The notes beneath the pieces were generated by a model. The model searched no databases and was not told where the DNA came from. It saw only the letters and a list, made by a program, of their open reading frames with translations. Below are positions 50,173 to 60,058 of a DNA stretch of 64,000 bases, one piece after another. Numbering within the stretch: position 1 is the first letter of the stretch; every line of letters begins with the position of its first letter. Made by a program: the position numbers and the translations under genes. Source of the DNA: an uncultured virus (IMG/VR IMGVR_UViG_3300001605_000027) (Duplodnaviria; Heunggongvirae; Uroviricota; Caudoviricetes). Where the stretch lies: IMG/VR virus record IMGVR_UViG_3300001605_000027; one strand, 5' to 3'.

Positions 50173-50211
50173 AAAAGCTGGCGGCAGTCCAAGACATAAA
50201 CCACCGCCAGC
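50173..50211 (-). terminator. Terminator/attenuator-like hairpin
   Basis: gctggcggtggttt-atgtctt-ggactgccgccagc-TTTT on the minus strand. Confidence 0.5.
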
Positions 50212-50294
50212 GGCTAGCGTTTTTGTCGCCATGCCACCGCTAGCTGGGCACGCCGGGCAAATGTCAGAAAACCCGGAACTCGCAGAGCGTCGTT

Positions 50295-50600
50295 CTACGC
50301 CGACTCGCTGGACTGAATCGCCAACTCAATCGGCCTATAATGCAATGTCTGAAACGCAATGCCGCTGGCCGGATGCGTCGCATAGAGATCGACGAGCTTC
50401 GGTTCGTAAGTTTGGCGGACTGCTTTGATATGTGGCGAACCGACATCGCCGAAGATTGCTAGAAATTCATGTTCTGAAATCATGACCGGCGACGCATCGC
50501 GAAACGTGTCGACCGTAGCAAACGACTCGATCGGCAATTCGCATCGCTCGATCGCATCGGCCAGCGTACGAAGACGCTGGACTAGAAGATTTTTTGACAT
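50295..50600 (-). CDS. Hypothetical protein, first gene of the leftward operon
   Basis: CAAGGC leader just after the promoter at 50646-50673. Confidence 0.6.
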   Translation of the reverse strand: MSKNLLVQRLRTLADAIERCELPIESFATVDTFRDASPVMISEHEFLAIFGDVGSPHIKAVRQTYEPKLVDLYATHPASGIAFQTLHYRPIELAIQSSESA

Positions 50601-50625
50601 GGGCGGCCTTGGTAGAGAAGCGGAT

Positions 50626-50690
50626 AAACTAGTGTGACGCCCAAAAGTTTATCCGATAGCCGTTATATGTCAACTGGGGATTCTACTTTT
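50626..50690 (-). repeat. Left copy of a 65-bp inverted repeat containing a leftward promoter
   Basis: 55/65 identical (hand alignment) to 52043-52107; TTGACA-16-TAAACT. Confidence 0.85.
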
Positions 50691-51606
50691 TATCCGATCT
50701 TTTGTTCGCCCGGTAACTGACGTGGCTTACGCGGATTCGCCAGATAGTTAGCCAGTATCGAATCGACAGGCTGGGTGCCGACAATCCGGGGATCGAGATA
50801 ACGCTTGGTCGTTTTTGGACTGGCATGATCCAATGCTTCCGACGGGTTGCCACCGGCTTCAGCCACCGCCGACGCGACGGTTCGGCGGATTCTATGAAAC
50901 TTCGATCGGCGGTCGGTCGGCAGTCCAGCCGCAGCCAACAACAACGTCAAAGCGTACGATAAATATAAGTGTCGCTTAATCCCCACGGGAATATCAGCGA
51001 TGTCGATGATCGCTTGTCACAAAGTCGTTTCAATCCTTCGGCGGTCGCCGGGCTGATCGGATAGAGTCGGTCACGCCGTTGGCCCTTACGCATGGCCGCC
51101 GGGACCAGCAGCCACTCATTCTGCCAGTGGCATCGCTTCAACTGCCTGATCGCTCCGATGCGTTCGCCGGTGTCGACGAGGCAACGTATCAGGGCCTCCC
51201 ACCATGCGGACGCAGGAACGTCAACGACAATGCCTTTCATCGCACGTGCCGCCGCGAACATCGACGCCAATTCATCGGGCATCCATCCCATCGGCACGAT
51301 CTCCGGTTCTTTCATCGACTGGATGTCTGGCCAATGGTCGACGATCCGATGCGTAGCAGCAAACCGCCACAAGGCCAACAACTGCGATCGATCTTTGTTT
51401 GCTGTTGCCGGTGATCGTCCCTCACGTGTGACACGCGACATATGATCGGCCACAGCGTCATTCGATAAGTCGCCAACGGTGGGCACCCGGCCAAGCGTCT
51501 TTCCGAAGCTATTCAGTGTGTGGTTGTAAAGCCTAATTGTGTTGTCCGATCGGAATCGCAACCGCTTTGATCGATACAACTGGAACAAGTCTTGCAAAGT
51601 CATCAT
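50690..51606 (-). CDS. int: Tyrosine integrase (split by a one-base frameshift near 50950)
   Basis: LVDTGERIGA (R) in the 5' part; FHRIRRT (HxxR) and LDHASPKTTKRY (H, Y) in the 3' part. Confidence 0.85.
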
Positions 51607-51675
51607 TCAACCCACTTAAGAGATGGTTAAGAAAACCTTCCGTGGATTAACAATAGGACGCAGATACGACATGCG

Positions 51676-51696
51676 GGTGGGATGAGCGGGAGTCGA
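51676..51696 (-). other. Candidate attP core resembling a tRNA 3' end
   Basis: Minus strand reads TCGACT-CCCGC-TCATCCC-A-CC: T-loop remnant, T-stem, 7-nt acceptor strand, discriminator and CC; 70 bp upstream of int. Confidence 0.6.
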
Positions 51697-51790
51697 GTTA
51701 CGTCCCCGCAATTCCAAACTGCTCGCAGTTTGCGCCCGGAATCCGGCGATGCCTTGGCATAACTGGTGTGACATCCGGGCGGTTTTTTTG

Positions 51791-51818
51791 TTGTCGTTTA
51801 TCTAATACTGGTTAAACT
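51791..51818 (+). promoter_or_regulatory. Promoter for the HTH gene (probably leaderless mRNA)
   Basis: TTGTCG-16-TAAACT, with ATG 7 nt after the -10; preceded by a hairpin and T7 (51733-51789). Confidence 0.55.
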
Positions 51819-51825
51819 TGGAGGC

Positions 51826-52050
51826 ATGTCAACAACCATGATAAATAATTGGCTCAACGTCAAAGAGGCCGCCCAGATTATGGGAGTGTCTGCGGACCAC
51901 GTTCGTCTGCTGGCACGTAATTCGAAAATCAATGCCGTACCGGCTTCCGAACGATGCTGGCTAATTGATCGGGATGCAGCCATTGCGTGGGCAAAAAAGC
52001 CATCTCGCACCGGTCGCCCCAGGGGTTCAACGGTAAAAACAAAAAAATAG
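51826..52050 (+). CDS. Excisionase/MerR-like HTH protein (Xis or regulator)
   Basis: WLNVKEAAQIMGVSADHVRLL...WLID...TGRPRG. Confidence 0.8.
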   Translation: MSTTMINNWLNVKEAAQIMGVSADHVRLLARNSKINAVPASERCWLIDRDAAIAWAKKPSRTGRPRGSTVKTKK

Positions 52051-52107
52051 AATCCCCTGTTGACATATAACCGATAACAGATAAACTATCCGGCGTCACA
52101 CCAGTTT
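52043..52107 (+). repeat. Right copy of the 65-bp inverted repeat containing a rightward promoter
   Basis: TTGACA(52060)-16-TAAACT(52082). Confidence 0.85.
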
Positions 52108-52167
52108 TGCCGGTTAGTCCAGCGATGAAAAATCGCGTGGCTTCCGGCCTACTTTTGCCGGAATCTT

Positions 52168-53793
52168 TTGATGGCCACTGCGGATTTAGTGGGCGGTCGC
52201 ATCGTTTTGAGCGGCCCGCCGGATTTGTCGCCGTTTATTTCGACACTTCCAGAAAATCGCTGGAACGCTCCCAAGCGATCGTGGACGGTTGCGGCTACGC
52301 CGCTGGCCGCTGCCAAGATTATGGAGTCGCGACGCTTCGCCGCTTCGGCTGACGTCCACCAACTGGCGTTGTCATGGGATCGGGCGATTACGCCGCCGAC
52401 CGTTGGCTCGCTTGTCGGTCGCCGCTTCGGCACTGATCTGTGGAAGCATCAGCAGCAGATGTTCGCGTTTGCGATCGAAAAGTACGCGGCGATGTTCTCA
52501 TGTGGAATGGGAACCGGCAAGTCCGCCACTACCGTCGCATTGCTCGAAAACTGGCCAATTGCGACGGCCACTATCTTATGCCCACGTTCGGTGATCGGCG
52601 TTTGGCGTCGTGAGTTTGAACGCCATGCCGACGGCTTGGTCAAGGTGTTGTGTCTCGACAAAGGCACCGCAGCCAAGAAGTCCGCAGCGGTTGAAGACTT
52701 CGTGGCAGGCCAGCGAGACTTTCTTCGCGTCGTGGTGGTGAACTACGAATCGGCATGGCGGCCCGGATTGGCCGAGCGTCTGTTGCTAACCGACTTCGAC
52801 GCCGTGGTTCTCGACGAATCGCATCGGATTAAATCGCATAGCGGCAACGCGTCCAAGTTCGCGTACAAACTGGGCAAGGCGGCCCGTCGTCGGCTGTGCC
52901 TTACCGGCACCCCGATGCCTCACTCGCCGCTTGATCTGTATGCCCAGTATCGATTCTTAGAACCGGCGATCTTCGGCACTTCGTTTACGGCGTTTCGATC
53001 AAAGTACGCCGTCACTGATCCCAACTATCACAACCGCGTGTTGAGATTCCAAAACCAAGAGGAACTGACCGCCGAAGCCGAACCGCTGATGATTCGCATC
53101 AAGTCCAGCGACGTTCTCGATCTGCCGCCAATCGTCGAACAAGTAATCGACATCGAACTCGAACCCAAGGCCCGCAAGGCTTATGAGCAACTCAAAAGCG
53201 AGATGATTGTCGAACTCGAAGCCGGAACTATCACGGCTGGCAACGCGTTGACAAAACTTTTGAGACTTCAACAGATAACCAGCGGTTGGGTCAAGACCGA
53301 AGACGAACGGATGATCGAAGTGTCCGACGCCAAGCGGCAAGTGTTAGAAGAAATGATCGACGACATGGGGCCGGATGAGCCGGTGGTGGTGTTCTGTCGA
53401 TTCTCAAGCGACATCGAAGCCGTTCGTAAGGTTGCCAAGAATCTTGGCCGCGTGTTCGGCGAAATCTCGGGAAGCCATAAGGATTTGACGCCGCATTCAA
53501 CCATGCCCGAAGGCATTCAAGTCATGGCCGTCCAACAACAGTCTGGCGGCACGGGTATCGACCTGACGGCGGCCCGTTATGTGGTGTGGTTCTCGCAGTC
53601 GTTCAGTCTTGGCGACAACGACCAAGCCAACGCACGGGTACACCGCCCGGGGCAAACCAAGCCAGTGACCATCTATCGGTTGTCGGTTGTCGATTCAGTC
53701 GACCAACTGATCGCCCGGGCAATCGAGCAACGTCGTTCGGTTGTCGATTACGTGTTGGATTCTATTCGTCCCAAGGTAGCGGAGAGCATTTGA
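52168..53793 (+). CDS. SNF2-family helicase
   Basis: GMGTGKS, VLDESHRIK, LTGTP, QANARVHRPGQ. Confidence 0.9.
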   Translation: MMATADLVGGRIVLSGPPDLSPFISTLPENRWNAPKRSWTVAATPLAAAKIMESRRFAASADVHQLALSWDRAITPPTVGSLVGRRFGTDLWKHQQQMFAFAIEKYAAMFSCGMGTGKSATTVALLENWPIATATILCPRSVIGVWRREFERHADGLVKVLCLDKGTAAKKSAAVEDFVAGQRDFLRVVVVNYESAWRPGLAERLLLTDFDAVVLDESHRIKSHSGNASKFAYKLGKAARRRLCLTGTPMPHSPLDLYAQYRFLEPAIFGTSFTAFRSKYAVTDPNYHNRVLRFQNQEELTAEAEPLMIRIKSSDVLDLPPIVEQVIDIELEPKARKAYEQLKSEMIVELEAGTITAGNALTKLLRLQQITSGWVKTEDERMIEVSDAKRQVLEEMIDDMGPDEPVVVFCRFSSDIEAVRKVAKNLGRVFGEISGSHKDLTPHSTMPEGIQVMAVQQQSGGTGIDLTAARYVVWFSQSFSLGDNDQANARVHRPGQTKPVTIYRLSVVDSVDQLIARAIEQRRSVVDYVLDSIRPKVAESI

Positions 53794-53794
53794 A

Positions 53795-54277
53795 ATGAGC
53801 GAAGGTTATGAGAATATCAACGAGTCAGCGACGATCGTTATTGATCGCAATTCCCAATACGTCCCCGCCGACGAAGTCGATCGGTTGCTGATGTTGGCCG
53901 AGCGTATCAAGACCGCCGACACCGAGTTGAAAGAACTCAAGTCGCAATACGATGAATTGGAATCGCTGATCGTCGAACAGTGGGCGGCTATTGGCAAGCA
54001 GTCCGAGAGTCGTCGCGGCAAAACGATCTTTCGCAAGCGTGAGTTTCAGTGTTCGACCAAGTCGGGCCAAGGCAACGCACTGAAAGACGCCGTCGAAGCC
54101 AACGGGCTGGGTCAATTTGTCAACGAGTCGGTGACCATCGGATCGCTCAAGTCATGGATTCGCGAGCGGTTGCAATACACCGAAAGCGGCGATCTGGATT
54201 TGTCGCAAGTACCGGCGGAAATCGTCGAAAAACTCAACGTCCACGAACGCTTCGTCGTGGGCATCCGAAACAGTTAG
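53795..54277 (+). CDS. Phage replication-module protein (helical)
   Basis: Position between the SNF2 gene and the ssDNA-binding-like gene. Confidence 0.5.
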   Translation: MSEGYENINESATIVIDRNSQYVPADEVDRLLMLAERIKTADTELKELKSQYDELESLIVEQWAAIGKQSESRRGKTIFRKREFQCSTKSGQGNALKDAVEANGLGQFVNESVTIGSLKSWIRERLQYTESGDLDLSQVPAEIVEKLNVHERFVVGIRNS

Positions 54278-54363
54278 TGTTAGCTGTCCGTTGGCTGCGT
54301 TGGTCTAACGGCATACNTTTGTGTTGTTTGCTTGTTTGTCTTTTGATTAAGTGAGTCTTAGTT

Positions 54364-55185
54364 ATGTCGAAAAGTAAGAATGAAGTTGCGGTAGCCGCCG
54401 AGTCGTCCACCGCCGTCGCTGTTTCGGAACCCAAGCCACTGTCGCGATTCTTGGCGTTGCAGCCAGAATCCGACGTGGCCCAAGCGTTCGTGGCGAACTA
54501 CGGGCCGGGCGACGAAATCCAGCAGGGCGACTTGACGGTGTTGAAAGTCCCGTCGGGCGGGGCGACGACGTGGACGTTTGAAGACGTCACCGGCGAAGTC
54601 AACGCCAAAGAAGTCGAAGGCGTGATCGTGGCTTATCAGCCGTTCGGTGTGTTGTGGCCGCATGAAAAATCCACCGAAGGATCAAGGCCGTTCATGGTGA
54701 CGCATGACCTGCGGATCGGTCACCGCAAGTCCGACGACTACGGCGACATGGACCCGGCTGGTATCGAGGCGTGCCGGTTGCCCGATGGCACCTACGATTG
54801 GCAGAAGTTGCCGCAGAATCAGTGGGGCAGCGGCAAGGGTAAGGGCAAGCGTTGTAAGGAACAGCGGATCATGTGCATCTTGCGTTCGACCGACGTTCTG
54901 CCGTTGCTGTTGCGTGTCCCGCCGGGTTCGCTGTCGTCGGTCGGCAAGTTCATCAAGAAGATGACCGTGCCGTTCTTTCGCTGCGTCGTGGGGCTGTCGC
55001 TCGAAAAGGCCGTGTCCAATCAGGGCGACGCCTACGCGATCGTCAAGCCACGGTTCATCGAAGCGTTGTCGCCCGAAGAAGGCTTGGCCATCCGTAGCCG
55101 GTACACCGAATCGCTGACCAGTGCGATTCGCGAGTATGCCGAACAAGCGATGGAATCGTCGGCGGCACAAGACGACTTGGAATAG
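54364..55185 (+). CDS. Putative ssDNA-binding/annealing protein
   Basis: LKVPSGG, NQWGSGKGKGKRCKE, LLLRVPPGSL, acidic C-terminus. Confidence 0.5.
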   Translation: MSKSKNEVAVAAESSTAVAVSEPKPLSRFLALQPESDVAQAFVANYGPGDEIQQGDLTVLKVPSGGATTWTFEDVTGEVNAKEVEGVIVAYQPFGVLWPHEKSTEGSRPFMVTHDLRIGHRKSDDYGDMDPAGIEACRLPDGTYDWQKLPQNQWGSGKGKGKRCKEQRIMCILRSTDVLPLLLRVPPGSLSSVGKFIKKMTVPFFRCVVGLSLEKAVSNQGDAYAIVKPRFIEALSPEEGLAIRSRYTESLTSAIREYAEQAMESSAAQDDLE

Positions 55186-55200
55186 TCGCAAGTTATGAGA

Positions 55201-55230
55201 GCGGGCGGCCCGATTCGTCGGGCCGCCCGT
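55201..55230 (+). other. 13-bp GC-rich hairpin with UUCG loop
   Basis: gcgggcggcccga-ttcg-tcgggccgcccgt; no U-tract. Confidence 0.7.
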
Positions 55231-55293
55231 GGGTTGGTAGTGGGTAAATAGCGGGTATCGGATTCAGGATCAAACGGAATAGGACAACGGCGA

Positions 55294-55728
55294 ATGTCAC
55301 AGCAAGCAACATCGGAATACCTTGACGCTCTGCGAAAGGCCCAAGCGGTCAAACGCGAAATCGATTTGACATGCGACGCCATGTTACGCATGCGGGAACG
55401 CGTCAAACTGGCCCAGCGAGTCGACCAAGCTATCTGGGAGATTCACGCTCTGGCACGCGAGGGACGCGACGACGTCAATAGCCAGCGGCAATGCACCGTT
55501 ATCCGGGCCGCGTTGCAAGACATCGCGTCGCCGCTGCAACTCCAAGTCGAAGACTTAACCGTCCGTCTCGAACGCGAAACACGACGGGCCGATCTGGCCG
55601 AACAACGCGTCGCCGAACTCGACGCCATGATCCGACGCGGTGCCGCCAAGGCCGCCCAGGAAATCGCCGAGCTATCTAAGCGGACGATCAAGCAGTCGTC
55701 AAAGTCAACCGAATCACTGACTATCTGA
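55294..55728 (+). CDS. Coiled-coil hypothetical protein
   Basis: Heptad-rich ORF. Confidence 0.55.
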   Translation: MSQQATSEYLDALRKAQAVKREIDLTCDAMLRMRERVKLAQRVDQAIWEIHALAREGRDDVNSQRQCTVIRAALQDIASPLQLQVEDLTVRLERETRRADLAEQRVAELDAMIRRGAAKAAQEIAELSKRTIKQSSKSTESLTI

Positions 55729-55738
55729 GGCGGTAGAC

Positions 55739-57316
55739 TTGGCCACAACTGAACAACGGCTCGCAGCGGCCATGGCGGCTGCCGAGCGTGGGTTGCGTAT
55801 CGTCATCCTGCAAGACCACAACGGGACGCCGAAGTTCCGCAAGCGACCGGTCGGCACAGATTGGGGGATCAAAGCCACCGACGACGAAGAAGCGTTGATC
55901 CGCCGGTTCGACAAACGCCCCGACGCCAACATCGGCGTGCTGCTTGGCAAGTATCCCGAAGGCTCGAAGATTCCCGGCGTGATCGACGTCGAGTTCGATT
56001 GCGAGGAAGGACGCATCACCGCCGAGCGGTTGTTCGGTGCCAATACGTTCACGCCGACTTACAAATCAGCCCGATCCGTCCATCGGCTGTTTCTTTGGAA
56101 TGATGCTTTTCCGCCGGAGCAAAAACTTGCAATCGAAGGATTGGAGGTTCGACTGGGTGGTGGTGCAAAGCAGACGCAGTCCGTATTGCCGCCGTCGACT
56201 CACGAAGATGGCCGCGAATACCAGTGGTTGCCGGGATTGTCGATCGACGAAGTCGAATTGGCCGAAGTCCCGGAGATTCTCGCCGTCCAGTTTTGCAATG
56301 TCGAATCCAGATTAGAAGCCGAGGGGCTTTCGTCGGCTGCATCGGGCGGCCAACGCAAGCCCGACGAACATTGGGACAAACTCAAAGATGGCGTTGCCAA
56401 AGGATCGCGAAACGAATCACTTTGCAGTCTTGTTGGCCGATGGCTTACCAATCAAGTCGAAATCGACGTCGCCGAAATCAAAGAACGGGCGATCGATTGG
56501 GGAAAGCGGTGTGACCCGCCGCTATCAGCCAACGAATGCGAGTCGGTTGTCAGGTCAGTTGTCGGACGCGAACGGAAGCGACGGGCCGCCGAAGCCGAAC
56601 AGCAATCCGAGCAAGTCGCCGTGGCCGTGGCAACGCCGCCAACGAATCGAGTCTTCGGCGATGCCCCGCAGCCAGTCGCCCAGCCAGACCGGGGATCGCT
56701 GGCGTCCATCGGTATCGACCGCGTGCAGATTATCGAAAGCAAGCCACCGATGGTCATTCTCTTTTCCAAGGCGTTCGTCGATTCAAAGGATCACAGCATT
56801 ACTATGCCACTGGTTGATCTGCCTAATATCCGTCTTGTCCAAAACCACTCACTCGAACAATCGCAATCAATGCTCCCCGGTTCATGGCAGCGTCGCGGGG
56901 CGTGGCCGAAGATTTGCGCCAAGCTCATCGCCAACGCCGACAAGATTCAGCCCGATCCCGAACTCAACCGTCCGTCGATCATCGCCCGCCTTATCATCCG
57001 CTACGCCAGCCGATCGACCGGCTTCCTTACTTGCTCTGCCATTCGTGACAACGGCATGTCGAATCCGACGGGCATTGAGCAGTTGGACGATGGCCGCTGG
57101 ATCATCAGCGTTCAGGCGTTTTTCCGCTATCTCTGCGACGAACGGGCGTTGGAGCGAGTCACCCGCGAAGAAGTGCTGCGGGTCATTCGATCGGTCGATG
57201 CCCAGCATGTTAATTGGTCCGGTCGCTACTGGGTTCTCGACGATCTGGCGAAGCAAAAACTCGACTCTATCGAGGGGTGTGATGCTTCTACAAAGCATAG
57301 GGGGAATCAACAGTGA
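55739..57316 (+). CDS. Bifunctional primase-polymerase with PriCT domain
   Basis: DANIGVLLG, VIDVE, SVHRLF, SVLPPSTH..YQW, GSRNESL..CDPPLSANE. Confidence 0.8.
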   Translation: MATTEQRLAAAMAAAERGLRIVILQDHNGTPKFRKRPVGTDWGIKATDDEEALIRRFDKRPDANIGVLLGKYPEGSKIPGVIDVEFDCEEGRITAERLFGANTFTPTYKSARSVHRLFLWNDAFPPEQKLAIEGLEVRLGGGAKQTQSVLPPSTHEDGREYQWLPGLSIDEVELAEVPEILAVQFCNVESRLEAEGLSSAASGGQRKPDEHWDKLKDGVAKGSRNESLCSLVGRWLTNQVEIDVAEIKERAIDWGKRCDPPLSANECESVVRSVVGRERKRRAAEAEQQSEQVAVAVATPPTNRVFGDAPQPVAQPDRGSLASIGIDRVQIIESKPPMVILFSKAFVDSKDHSITMPLVDLPNIRLVQNHSLEQSQSMLPGSWQRRGAWPKICAKLIANADKIQPDPELNRPSIIARLIIRYASRSTGFLTCSAIRDNGMSNPTGIEQLDDGRWIISVQAFFRYLCDERALERVTREEVLRVIRSVDAQHVNWSGRYWVLDDLAKQKLDSIEGCDASTKHRGNQQ

Positions 57317-57540
57317 CAACACTTCAAAAACACAATTTTTCGGGGGGGTCGATGTCGCAAGTCGTTGCGGCGAAAGGTGTTTAGGAAACTTACTACACTG
57401 TCAACACTTTTTTGAAAAAATCGCAATTCGTAAAAACGTGTTGCAAGTGTTGACAGTGTTGACTAGCCCGCAATTTACGGGTCGAAAATGGGCAGGGGGG
57501 TCAACACTTCATGGTGAAGTGTTGACTGATTTGATAATTT
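57312..57540. other. Candidate replication origin with inverted iterons
   Basis: AT-rich gap after the primase; 15-bp perfect IR at 57395-57409/57445-57459 and 12-bp IR at 57500-57526, all built on TCAACACT. Confidence 0.65.
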
Positions 57541-57586
57541 AGACGGTCCCTCTTTTGGGCCGTACGGCTTACTAGAGGGGTGCATT

Positions 57587-59273
57587 TTGGCGACGGTGGC
57601 AAAGCTGATTGGCGGGGCTGGAACGGGCAAGACGACCGAGCTAATGCGGATCATGGGCGAGGTTATCGGGCATGGGGTCGATCCCTTTGAGATCGGCTAC
57701 GTGTCCTTCACCAAGGCGGCGATCATGGAAGCCGCCGGGCGGGTCGAGCAAGAGTTCGGGGTAGCCGCCGAGCATCTGACAAAGCAGGGGTGGTTCCGTA
57801 CTTTGCATTCGGTCTGCTACCAGTCCTTGGGGTCGATGGCCAAGGGCTTGCTGACCGACAGGAAGGCCGACCGGGAATGGCTCGAAGGCGTCCTGCAAGA
57901 GCATGTCGGCGAAGTCGTCAAGGCCATCGACGACGATCAAGGCTCTGGCGTCCGAGCGATGGCGATGGATGCCCAGTCGCCCGCATCGAACGCCCTGCGG
58001 ATATGGGCGATGGCCCGGTCCCGGCTATGCACGATCGACGAAGTGGTCGCCGAGCTATTGATCTGCGGCGAGACGCCGCCGCCGGTGGAGTATTGCCGCA
58101 AGATCGCCCATCAATACGAGCGGTCCAAGTATCTCGACGATCGGGTCGACTTCGCCGACTTGGCCGGTCGGTTTGCGGGCTGGCGGTGGAATCCCGATGG
58201 CGACCACGACTGGTTTGTCGATCCAATGGGCGAGACGCCGAATGTCCGCGTCTGGTTCTTCGACGAGCATCAAGACGTTAGCCGACTTCTGAACTCGGTG
58301 GCCCGGCGTCTGACCAATAGTCCGTCGTGCCAGTGGGCTTATTTCTCCGGCGATCCATTCCAATCGATCTTCGGGTTCGGCGGTGCGGACATGAATTGCT
58401 TTCTCGACATCGAAGCCGACCGCGAACGCACGATGGAGCGTTCCTTCCGGTGTCCCGAAAACGTCCTGCGGCTGGGCGAGCGGGCTTTGTCGCGGTGTTC
58501 CAATTACTTTGACCGTGGCATCGCCCCGAATGAACCCGGCGGACTGGTCGATTTTTCGTACCGTTACCGCGATCTGCTGACGACGCTCGATCTGTCGGCG
58601 ACCACGATCTTGACGGCCCGTACCAATCAGTTGGCCAGCCGGTTTATTCCCGCGTTGGATGAATCGGCCATTCCATGGATGCGGACAGAATCCGAACACG
58701 GCTATCTCTCTAAAGGCGCAAAAACAATTTGTTTTTTTCTGCGGGGATTAGAGATGGACATGAAAGAGCAAATTCCGCGCAAATTTCCGATCGGTTCGTG
58801 GCTCTCTCTTATAGAGAAGCTGCCAGTTGGTAAAGGCGAATCGGCGTTGTTCAGCCGTGGGACCAAGACGGCGGCCAAGGCCGGAACGTTGGGCGGCGAC
58901 CGATCCATGGTCACTTACGAGGATTTGGCATCGCTGGGGGCCACGGACTATCTGCTACGGACGATCGCCACCGGCCAATGGTCAAACGTCGTCGAAGGCG
59001 GCGAGCGATTCAGGCGGGCAGTGGCGGCCCATGGGATGGAAGTGGCCATGGAACCGAAAGTCCGCGTCGGCACCATCCATTCGGTCAAAGGGTCGGAGGC
59101 CGATACGGTGGTCATGCTCGACTCGCTGACGCGTCGCTGCGATATGAGCCGCCGCGTACCCCGCCGGTCGCGACGAAGAACAACGCGTGGCCTACGTCGG
59201 GATCACGCGGGCCAAGAAGCGGCTGCATATTCTTCGCCAACAGTCCGATCGCTGGCGGATGGATATCGAATGA
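57587..59273 (+). CDS. UvrD/Rep-like SF1 helicase (indel near 59160)
   Basis: GGAGTGKT, FDEHQD, GDPFQSIFGF, TIHSVKGSE; motif VI (EEQRVAYVGITRAK) lies in the shifted frame. Confidence 0.85.
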
Positions 59274-59770
59274 CTAAGACGCTCGACGATCTGCTGGCCG
59301 CCGTCCCGAAGCTACGGACCTACCGGCAATTGAACACGGCCCAATTGCGATACCTACTCGATCGGCTCGACGGCCAATGCACGTGGTGCGGACACGACGT
59401 CGGGCGTCGGCAGAACTGGTGCAGCGACGAATGCGTCGAATTGTTCCAGCTTCGATGCAGTCCGCCGCATCAAGCCAAGTTCGTCGTCGCCCGCGATGGC
59501 TACATCTGTCGATTGTGTGGTCGCGACACCATCGCCGCTGAGCAAGAGTTCCACCGCCAGTGGCATCAAGCGACTGACCGCCGAACAGCGGCCAAGCGGC
59601 AACTGATGGCATCGCTAGGCCATGGCCGGGCAGGGTGGCGGGAGGTCGATCATATCTTGCCCGTAGGCGACGGTGGCGGGCTGACTGGGCCGGAGAATCT
59701 GCGGTTACTTTGCGGGGCTTGCCATAGCGAAGTATCGAAGGGGCAAGCACTTAGGAACCAATCCGAATAA
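59270..59770 (+). CDS. HNH endonuclease
   Basis: RDGYICRLCG, EVDHILPVGDGGG...NLRLLCGACH; own ATGA start. Confidence 0.8.
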   Translation: MTKTLDDLLAAVPKLRTYRQLNTAQLRYLLDRLDGQCTWCGHDVGRRQNWCSDECVELFQLRCSPPHQAKFVVARDGYICRLCGRDTIAAEQEFHRQWHQATDRRTAAKRQLMASLGHGRAGWREVDHILPVGDGGGLTGPENLRLLCGACHSEVSKGQALRNQSE

Positions 59771-59778
59771 GTCGCTTG

Positions 59779-59815
59779 TTTTGCTGTTGACAGTTTATCG
59801 GTTAGCCGATAACAT
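59779..59815 (+). promoter_or_regulatory. Phage promoter family copy with palindromic operator
   Basis: TTTTGCTG-TTGACA-17-TAACAT containing TTATCGG-ttag-CCGATAA. Confidence 0.85.
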
Positions 59816-59842
59816 GGTTACTCGGTCGGTTTAATTCAGTCA

Positions 59843-60058
59843 ATGCAACGCGGAAACAAGAGAATGTTCAACGGATACAAAGTCAGCCATCCAAAACTTG
59901 ATTGCACGTATTCGGTGGTTTTGTCAAAGGAACAATATCACGAAGTGTGCAACCATCTTGGTGAAATGGGCGAAGGCGGAAAGTGCGAACGAATGTCAGA
60001 CTTGTCGATTGACACTAAGTTTGATTCGCTGGTTAAAGAATTGACGCGACACTATTAA
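59843..60058 (+). CDS. Small early protein
   Basis: First ORF after the promoter; its stop overlaps stem I of hammerhead 1. Confidence 0.55.
   Translation: MQRGNKRMFNGYKVSHPKLDCTYSVVLSKEQYHEVCNHLGEMGEGGKCERMSDLSIDTKFDSLVKELTRHY

Noticed and set aside
51660..51760. Complete tRNA gene next to the integrase
   Set aside because: Only a 3'-end-like 21-mer is present; D and anticodon arms cannot be folded.
57587..59770. Apparent 727-aa UvrD-HNH fusion in the ORF track
   Set aside because: Helicase motif VI lies in another frame ending at 59273, and the HNH gene has its own ATGA start at 59270. The fusion is an indel artefact.
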